Assembly (NCBI GenBank): GCA_963674825.1 | Contig: OY771587.1 | Span: forward strand, 768,001 to 832,000 | Source: Candidatus Cloacimonadales bacterium | GTDB taxonomy: Bacteria; Cloacimonadota; Cloacimonadia; Cloacimonadales; JAIOQZ01 | Reading direction: 5' to 3' | Length of the DNA stretch: 64,000 nucleotides | Part shown: in pieces, positions 25,438 to 32,013 of the stretch | Numbering within the stretch: the stretch's first letter is position 1 | How the letters are laid out: each line of letters begins with the position of its first letter | Made by a program: the position numbers and the translations under genes | Notes under the pieces: model-generated | The model's database searches: none | What the model saw: the letters and a program-made list of their open reading frames with translations, nothing else | What the model was told of the DNA's origin: nothing

Positions 25438-28128
25438 TCAGGCTACATAATCGATTGTGTTGTAGCCAGTTTGTTTCGACATTCTGCCGGTTTTCGCCTG
25501 TGGTTTTTCGATCGCTGTTGCTGTTGTTTTTTGTTTTGCGAAATTCCGGGGGTGTTGTTCGTTTTTCCTGCGATGTTGTCTGTCATAATCGTACTCAATG
25601 TGTACGTCCTCATAACCGAGTCGGGTAAAGTGTTCCTGCAAACCCTTCAAGGTATCTTGCAGGTATTTCATTTTTTCACTGTCTTCCGCTACGAGCAATA
25701 CCTGAAGCTTGCCGTTTTCCGTCTCAAGAACTGTCTGGACTCGTCCGGTTTCCTCGCTCGAAATCTCGAATTTCGCCCAGTTCTTCACTTCGGTAACGCC
25801 TGACTGGAAGTCCTTCAGTTCCTGCATCGCCTTCATCAGAAATTCATTGGTGAAGGTTTGCGGCATAGGTTGATTTTGCGCCATCGTGGGGCGACTGATT
25901 GTTGGTTCCAGCGTCATGTTTTCATTGAGCTGGATTGCCGGCTGATTATCGTTCTGCGGTTTCGTAAAAGTCTGGTTATCCCTGGAGGGGAGCTCTTCCT
26001 GTCGTCCCTGGTCGCTCATTTCAGGCTCAGACTGCCGCTGTGGCTTCTCTATATCGATCGTCTCCTGCACCGGATTCTCCACCCGTTGCTCGTTTGTTTG
26101 CATAGGCTTCACCGACATTGGATCGATTGGAATGCTTGTTTTATTCTTCAATTCATTGGCCAGCACAGGATCGTGATGATCGCGCACGATGTTCTCCGAA
26201 ACCTGCTGCTTCGAGATCTGAGGATTCTCAGTTGCCACCTTCGGCTCGATGTGCGCTTCAATGCGAGGCTGATCGGTCGTCACCTTCGGTTCGATGTGAG
26301 ACTCCGTACGGGGCTGCTCGGTCGTCACCTTCGGCTCGATGTGTGCTTCAGTACGAGGCTGATCAGTTGCCACCTTCGGTTCGATGTGCGATTCAGAGCG
26401 AGGTTGCTCGGTCGTCACTTTCGGTTCGATATGCGCTTCAGTGCGAGGTTGCTCAGTTGCCACCTTCGGTTCGATGTGAGACTCTGTGCGAGGCTGATCG
26501 GTCGCCACCTTCGGCTCGATATGCGCTTCAGAGCGAGGCTGCTCAGTTGCCACCTTCGGCTCGATGTGTGCTTCAGTACGAGGCTGATCGGTTGCCACCT
26601 TCGGTTCGATGTGAGACTCCGTACGGGGCTGATCGGTCGTCACCTTCGGCTCGATGTGCGCTTCAGAGCGAGGTTGCTCGGTCGTCACCTTCGGCTCGAT
26701 ATGCGCTTCAGTGCGAGGCTGCTCAGTTGCCACCTTCGGTTCGATGTGTGCTTCAGTGCGAGGCTGCTCGGTCGTCACCTTCGGTTCGATGTGCGACTCT
26801 GTGCGAGGCTGCTCAGTTGTCACTTTCGGTTCTACGACCTTGCTTTCGACCTGCTGGCGATGCGTGTTCCAGTTACGGGCATTGGTTTGCAAACCCGGAA
26901 ACAATTCCGTTCGATCCTGCTGAGTGGTCGAACTCGTGGTTTGCTTTTCTTCGATCACGCGTGCCATTTCGAGAATCGCTTCTGCTTGTGAGGAATGCTT
27001 TCTTACAGACCTTAGCGCTTGAGAAGAGTTTTGAAAAATAATCTTAGAATCTACGGCCTGCGGCTCAGCTTTCGTATCGGTCACCGGCTGTTGCGGCGTA
27101 GAAGCAAACGTCTGAGGCTCAGCTTTTGTATTAGTCACCGGCTGTTGCGGCGTATGAACCATTGTCTGAGACTCAGATTTCGCATCGGTCACCGGTTGTT
27201 GTGGCGTTTGAGCAAACGTCTGAGGCTCAGCTTTTGTATTAGTCATCGGCTGTTGCGGCGTTTGAGCAAACGTCTGCGGCTCAGATTTCGCATCAGTCAC
27301 CGGCTGTTGCGGTGCAGAAGCAAACGTCTGCGGCTCAGCTTTTGTATTAGTCATCGGTTGTTGCAGCGTTTGAGCAAACGTCTGCGGCTCAGCCTTGGCA
27401 TCAGTTACCGGCTGTTGCGGTGCAGAAGCAAACGTCTGCGGCTCAGCTTTTGTATTAGTCATCGGTTGTTGCAGCGTTTGAGCAAACGTCTGAGGCTCAG
27501 ATTTCGCATTGGGCTTCGAGTAGATCGGCTTTGCAGACTCGAACTCGTGTTGAGCAAGCGGAACGACCTTGCTGGATGCCATCTGGTAAGGAGCTATCTT
27601 CGGCTTTACCTGGCTCTGAACGGTTTGTCCTGTCACACCCTCTTTTCGCTGAGGCGTAACGGTAACAGATTTCTCCCCCGCAACATGATTTACGGTAGTA
27701 GAATCCTTGAGTTTAACAGGTTGCTGAGGCTCCGGAGAAGCTTTCTCATGGCGATTAACGACCCTGTCATCAGGTTTCTCTGTAAATTTTGTCGCACCCG
27801 CATCAGCCTGTTCCTTGGGAGTTCCCACATAAGGAACAGCCTTTTCCAAGAGATTCGCCGCAGTGTCAACATCGTGCTCCACGGATTTCTGAAGATTAGT
27901 TCCGAACTTGTATTCATGCTTTGCAGGCGACGGTACTATCTTATCTTCGCGCTTTGCAGACTCCGTTATTGCCTTATCTTTGCGTTGAGATGACTCTATC
28001 GTCGCCTCGCCGTTAGGCTTTGGTGACTGTGTGTTACCCGTTTCAACGTGTTCGGGAAACACCGTCACAACTCCTTCTTTACGCAGATCAAGATCAAATT
28101 TCGAGGTTGTTGGAATCAAAACAGACAT
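25438..28128 (-). CDS. fliK: Flagellar hook-length control protein FliK, main (C-terminal) ORF; probably continues upstream via a frameshift
   Basis: Position between the motE-like gene and flgD; long P/Q/T/E-rich region; C-terminal T3S4-like domain (AKFEISSEETGRVQTVLETENGKLQVLLVAE...LQEHF.RLGY). No SD before 28128. Confidence 0.75.
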   Translation of the reverse strand: MSVLIPTTSKFDLDLRKEGVVTVFPEHVETGNTQSPKPNGEATIESSQRKDKAITESAKREDKIVPSPAKHEYKFGTNLQKSVEHDVDTAANLLEKAVPYVGTPKEQADAGATKFTEKPDDRVVNRHEKASPEPQQPVKLKDSTTVNHVAGEKSVTVTPQRKEGVTGQTVQSQVKPKIAPYQMASSKVVPLAQHEFESAKPIYSKPNAKSEPQTFAQTLQQPMTNTKAEPQTFASAPQQPVTDAKAEPQTFAQTLQQPMTNTKAEPQTFASAPQQPVTDAKSEPQTFAQTPQQPMTNTKAEPQTFAQTPQQPVTDAKSESQTMVHTPQQPVTNTKAEPQTFASTPQQPVTDTKAEPQAVDSKIIFQNSSQALRSVRKHSSQAEAILEMARVIEEKQTTSSTTQQDRTELFPGLQTNARNWNTHRQQVESKVVEPKVTTEQPRTESHIEPKVTTEQPRTEAHIEPKVATEQPRTEAHIEPKVTTEQPRSEAHIEPKVTTDQPRTESHIEPKVATDQPRTEAHIEPKVATEQPRSEAHIEPKVATDQPRTESHIEPKVATEQPRTEAHIEPKVTTEQPRSESHIEPKVATDQPRTEAHIEPKVTTEQPRTESHIEPKVTTDQPRIEAHIEPKVATENPQISKQQVSENIVRDHHDPVLANELKNKTSIPIDPMSVKPMQTNEQRVENPVQETIDIEKPQRQSEPEMSDQGRQEELPSRDNQTFTKPQNDNQPAIQLNENMTLEPTISRPTMAQNQPMPQTFTNEFLMKAMQELKDFQSGVTEVKNWAKFEISSEETGRVQTVLETENGKLQVLLVAEDSEKMKYLQDTLKGLQEHFTRLGYEDVHIEYDYDRQHRRKNEQHPRNFAKQKTTATAIEKPQAKTGRMSKQTGYNTIDYVA
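26227..26835 (-). repeat. Coding tandem repeat in fliK: 45-bp unit (IEPKV[AT]T[ED]QPR[TS]E[AS]H), 13 full copies plus a partial
   Basis: Counted directly in the DNA and the translation. Confidence 0.95.
27058..27507 (-). repeat. Coding tandem repeat in fliK: 54-bp unit ([AT]K[AS]EPQTFAxxxQQP[MV]T[ND]), 8 full copies plus a partial
   Basis: Counted directly in the DNA and the translation. Confidence 0.95.
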
Positions 28129-28481
28129 GAAGTCTTGTGTTTGTTCCGGGTATTCTTTTCCGCAACGGGAGTCATGCTCGTGCCGAATTTTTCCATGACA
28201 GCCAGAACACTGGTCCGGCTTTCGGAAACTGAATCGGATGTATGCTCAATTGCCTGCTTCAGGGATGCAGCCTGATCAAGTTGTACAATTTTAGCTTTTG
28301 CACCGAGCTCTGTGGTTGTATGTCCTGTAACCGTACTCGCCTTACTGGAAATATTTTTCCCAGAGGACAGGTTCGCAATAATATTGAAGAATCGGGTGCT
28401 CCTCGAACTCGTCTTCTTTGCTGACTTCGAGTTCGATTTCAGCAATACTGACTGAAGCTCCGTGATCCCAGAATGTTTCAT
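28116..28481 (-). CDS. Probable N-terminal fragment of FliK (separated by a 1-nt frameshift)
   Basis: ATG overlaps the upstream stop (ATGA). S/K/T-rich sequence. The fliK frame is open for about 40 codons upstream of 28128, overlapping this ORF. Confidence 0.65.
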   Translation of the reverse strand: MKHSGITELQSVLLKSNSKSAKKTSSRSTRFFNIIANLSSGKNISSKASTVTGHTTTELGAKAKIVQLDQAASLKQAIEHTSDSVSESRTSVLAVMEKFGTSMTPVAEKNTRNKHKTSCLF

Positions 28482-29188
28482 TGTGACTCCGACATCTTCC
28501 TGATAATCATCGTTGCGCGCGAATTAGGAAGAACTTCCATGACCTTGGCACGCTTGCGTTCACTCATCAGCTTGAGAATGCTGATGATCTTTTCGTCCGG
28601 CAGCGACAGCATTTTTTCCACTGCGCTTTCCGGATCCATCGCTTCAAAAGTATCGGCGAGCATTTTCAGCTTCTTCGCTGTTTCCTGCTCGGTCTTCTCG
28701 TCAGCTGCTTTCTGATTGCTGCTACGAATCAGGGAAATATTTTCCTCAAGATCCTTGATCTGCTGGTTTAGCTGAACAATTGTGTTGTCCCGGGAGCGAA
28801 TATCGCTTTGCTGCCTGTTGATACGCCGGATATAGCGTTGCTGACTCTCAGCCAGAGTATCCACCTGCGCAATGAGATCTTGCAGCGTCGAATCGATCTG
28901 TGCTGGCGAGTAATCGTGGATCTTGCCGTCTGAATAGATGTGAATTAACCGCTTGCGCAGCTTCATCAGATTATTATATTCTTCCAGTGGCTGTGGCGTA
29001 CCGTCGAGTGTGGCGATTGACGTATCGACGATGGTCGAATCGGCCACTTCGCCAGCGACAAGCGTGGAATCGGCTGCCGTCATATCACCCGAACTCAGAA
29101 TCTTGTCCTTCAAGAGAAAGAACAGAATTCCGTTGATCAGAATGAACGATATGAGGAAAACTCCCACGTAGACCAGTATATCTTTCAT
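28478..29188 (-). CDS. MotE/YlxF/FlbB-like flagellar protein (TM, coiled coil, MgtE-N-like domain)
   Basis: LADTFEAMDPESAVEKMLSL...ILKLMSERKRAKVM; located between fliJ and fliK. Confidence 0.75.
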   Translation of the reverse strand: MKDILVYVGVFLISFILINGILFFLLKDKILSSGDMTAADSTLVAGEVADSTIVDTSIATLDGTPQPLEEYNNLMKLRKRLIHIYSDGKIHDYSPAQIDSTLQDLIAQVDTLAESQQRYIRRINRQQSDIRSRDNTIVQLNQQIKDLEENISLIRSSNQKAADEKTEQETAKKLKMLADTFEAMDPESAVEKMLSLPDEKIISILKLMSERKRAKVMEVLPNSRATMIIRKMSESQ

Positions 29189-29640
29189 CAGTTCTCCCAG
29201 TTACTTTCTTTCGGCTTCTGTGCAGCTATCTCATCCAGGAAGTCCTGCTCTTCTTTCTTAACCTCTTTGCGGTATTCTTCGAAGCGCGACTCCCTGAGCT
29301 TTTCGATGGTCTTTTTTTCCTGCGTTTTCTTCAAAAGCCGTTCCCGAGCCTCGCTCTCCTTGCACTGAAGCGAGCTAACCTTCTGACGGGTCCCTTCCCA
29401 CTCGTGCTTCAGGCAGGTTACATAGTCGCGATGCAGCATGAATTGCGCGGAGGTCGTTTTTTTCCGGTTCATCTTCTTCTGCTCATCCATCTCATTCAAG
29501 AGACGTTTCTCCGCCTGATCCTTTTCCTTCTCTGCTTCGAGCAGATCTGTCTGAATCATATAGAGATCGCGCTGAAGGAGCTTCTCCTCAGTCTCTTTGA
29601 CTTCCATTACTTTTTGCAGTGAGAACTCGAACTTTTTCAT
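29188..29640 (-). CDS. fliJ: Flagellar export protein FliJ
   Basis: MKKFEFSLQKVM..K...E, coiled coil, KTIEKLRE, EQDFLDE. Confidence 0.9.
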   Translation of the reverse strand: MKKFEFSLQKVMEVKETEEKLLQRDLYMIQTDLLEAEKEKDQAEKRLLNEMDEQKKMNRKKTTSAQFMLHRDYVTCLKHEWEGTRQKVSSLQCKESEARERLLKKTQEKKTIEKLRESRFEEYRKEVKKEEQDFLDEIAAQKPKESNWEN

Positions 29641-29691
29641 GCTTTCACCCGGTAATTTTTTCCTCTAAAAACCATGTTCGAACAGATAAAA

Positions 29692-29708
29692 CGCAATCGC
29701 TATGCCAA
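29692..29708 (-). promoter_or_regulatory. sigma54 -24/-12 promoter of the fliJ-flgE operon
   Basis: Minus strand TTGGCATAGCGATTGCG = TGGCA-N6-TTGC, about 50 nt upstream of fliJ. Confidence 0.75.
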
Positions 29709-29726
29709 ACGGATGGGAAGAGGATT

Positions 29727-29768
29727 CAGTCATCAGTTATAAGTTACGAGTTACCAGTAAAGAGTCAG
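29727..29768. repeat. Six tandem degenerate heptamers (NAGTNAN)
   Basis: CAGTCAT CAGTTAT AAGTTAC GAGTTAC CAGTAAA GAGTCAG. Confidence 0.6.
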
Positions 29769-29886
29769 AGAGAGAGGAACGCGCCTATGCAGGTAAGATC
29801 GGAATCAACAATAATGAACACGTTCATTTTTATCTTGACAATCTACCCACCTACTGCGACACTATGACACAGATGGAGGAACAGCC

Positions 29887-30507
29887 ATGCAGAAACGGAA
29901 ACCGGAAATTGAATCAAAGATCGTCGAGACCGCTCGGAGAGCCTTTCTGAAAGAGGGCTACGACAAGGTCACGCTCAGGGGTATCGCACGGGAAGCCGGC
30001 ATCACTGTGGGGAATCTCTACCACTATTTCAAGAGTAAAGACGATCTCTATATGACTATCTTTCTCGAGTTCAACCGCAAGCGTCTTGAGTGGATTTTCT
30101 GCCGGATCGAACAGGGAAGTACACCACTGGAGGAGCTCCAACTATATGGCAGAGCTCAGATGGAATACACCCGCGAACATCCTGATGAATTCCGCTTTGC
30201 AATGCACTACGATCACCAGGGAATCAACGAAGAAGCGATCTCGGAAGAGGTCATGCAAGCCTTCGACAAGCAGAAAAAGCCATACATAGAGCGATTCCGC
30301 GATATCTTCGATCGTGGCAAAAAGGATGGGTCGATCCGCGGTGATTTCGAGACCGGGATGCTGATCCAGTGGGTGAGTATGACACTCAGATTGATCCTTA
30401 ACGAAGTAGTGATCCTGGGCTATTTCAACGACTCGTTCTACCATCGTTATGTCGATTTTCTTCTCGATGCAATACAAACACACGGGCAGGGTAAGGAGGT
30501 ACTATGA
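29887..30507 (+). CDS. TetR/AcrR family transcriptional regulator
   Basis: IVETARRAFLKEGYDKVTLRGIAREAGITVGNLYHYFKSKDDL helix-turn-helix. Confidence 0.93.
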   Translation: MQKRKPEIESKIVETARRAFLKEGYDKVTLRGIAREAGITVGNLYHYFKSKDDLYMTIFLEFNRKRLEWIFCRIEQGSTPLEELQLYGRAQMEYTREHPDEFRFAMHYDHQGINEEAISEEVMQAFDKQKKPYIERFRDIFDRGKKDGSIRGDFETGMLIQWVSMTLRLILNEVVILGYFNDSFYHRYVDFLLDAIQTHGQGKEVL

Positions 30508-31601
30508 AGTATGCTATTTTATTATTGGTAGGGGTATTAGCTATGACACTTAACGCACAGAATCTGCTGAACGGACCAGAGGGACTTACATGGGACAGCG
30601 CTCATCAACGCTATTTGACGGCCAATTACAGCGACAACAACGTCATCGCCATCGATTTTCAGGGTAACCAAAGCGTATTCGTACAGGGAACGAATCAACC
30701 ACTGGGTGTTCTCGCATACGATGGCGTACTTTACGTTACAGGGAATAATCCTCCCACGCTGTACGCCTTCGATCTGGAAACCGCCGAAAACCTGTTCAGC
30801 GTAGGGATCGATAACTGCCTCGCATTAGCTGAACTCTGTACAGACGAAATCGGTTTCCTTTACATCGCGGATCAGGGCGGCAAGGTGCATCGCTTCAACC
30901 TCGACACACAAGAGAGCGAAATATGGCTCGAAAGCGGCTTACCGGGCAGTCCACAGGGGGTGGTCTTCGATCGCGAGAATCAGCGTGTAGTAGTCGCCGG
31001 CTACGGCAGCAGTTCGCCAATCAAGGCTTACAGTATCGAAGATCAGACGGCAACGACCCTGATCTCCTCAACTCCCGGTCAGTTCATCCAGATGAACATG
31101 ACCGCGAACGGCAAGATTTACCTGTGCTCCTGGAATGGCAATCGCGTATTCTGGTTCCAACCGGGAGTTGTTGACGAACTGCAAGTGCTATCGCAGGCAG
31201 TGACTCGTCCGAGTGGAATATACGCCAATGTTTCGACGAATATGATCGCTGTGATGTCATTTGAGAGCAGCCAGATCTATTATTTTCCACTCAGTTTCGA
31301 ATCCGGTGAAAACACAGCGCCGGTGCTCGAGCAAAGGCTTCGGGTATCACCCAATCCCTTCAATCCAGAAACCAGGATTTATTACCAGATCGAGCAGTCA
31401 GGAAACGCTGAACTGGCTATCTACAATGCCAGAGGACAGCGTGTACAGATCCTGGTCGATCGGCATCATGACGCTGGCGAACATGATGTCGTATGGGATG
31501 GGAGGGATTCTCTAGGAAACAAGGTGGCATCGGGTGTTTATATGGCGGTACTGCGGAGTGCCGGCAAGGAATCAAATCAAAAGATGCTACTCATGAAATA
31601 A
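30504..31601 (+). CDS. Secreted beta-propeller protein (SMP-30/NHL-like) with C-terminal sorting domain
   Basis: Signal peptide; blade repeats GPEGLTWD, PLGV, PQGVVFD, PSGI; ends SPNPFNPET...KMLLMK. Confidence 0.8.
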   Translation: MKYAILLLVGVLAMTLNAQNLLNGPEGLTWDSAHQRYLTANYSDNNVIAIDFQGNQSVFVQGTNQPLGVLAYDGVLYVTGNNPPTLYAFDLETAENLFSVGIDNCLALAELCTDEIGFLYIADQGGKVHRFNLDTQESEIWLESGLPGSPQGVVFDRENQRVVVAGYGSSSPIKAYSIEDQTATTLISSTPGQFIQMNMTANGKIYLCSWNGNRVFWFQPGVVDELQVLSQAVTRPSGIYANVSTNMIAVMSFESSQIYYFPLSFESGENTAPVLEQRLRVSPNPFNPETRIYYQIEQSGNAELAIYNARGQRVQILVDRHHDAGEHDVVWDGRDSLGNKVASGVYMAVLRSAGKESNQKMLLMK

Positions 31602-31641
31602 GCAAGTAATCCTCTCTCTCGCGCATTGACTCTATCTGCGC

Positions 31642-31671
31642 AAAACCAGGCTCCAAGGAGCCTGGTTTTTT
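31642..31671. terminator. Bidirectional rho-independent terminator
   Basis: AAAACCAGGCTCC-AA-GGAGCCTGGTTTT between convergent genes. Confidence 0.85.
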
Positions 31672-31685
31672 ACATTCAGATATCA

Positions 31686-32013
31686 TTTCGTTTTGACTTC
31701 GTCAAAGCCGATAATCCGCTAACATGAATTCGCTACGCGGAATCTAACGCTCCACTTACGCAATTTCGCTTCGCGAAAGGCTTACGTTCGATGTTTTCGT
31801 TTTGACTTCGTCAAAGCCGATAATCCGCTAACATGAATTCGCTACGCGAACTCACAACGCTCATGTTTTCGTTTCTGCTATGCAGAAGCCGAAAATCACA
31901 TCGTTCGACCATTTCGTTTTTTGCTGCGCAAAAGCCGACTATCCACTAACATGACTTCTCTTCGCGAAGTCACATCGTTCGACCATTTCGTTTTTGCTGC
32001 GCAAAAGCCGAAA
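31686..32013. repeat. REP/BIME-like cluster of palindromic repeats
   Basis: Five copies of TTTCGTT-stem-triloop-stem-AAGCCGA (31686, 31795, 31867, 31912, 31986), with interspersed GCTACGC/GCTTCGC mini-hairpins. Confidence 0.8.

Noticed and set aside
26227..27507. CRISPR or non-coding repeat; Arg/Leu-rich plus-strand ORFs 25858-26991, 26118-27041 and 27019-27993
   Set aside because: The units are multiples of 3 with no spacers and lie in the fliK frame. The plus-strand ORFs are antisense shadows of the repeats.
31686..32013. CRISPR array
   Set aside because: Repeats vary in sequence, spacing is irregular, linkers are themselves repeated, and no cas genes are present.
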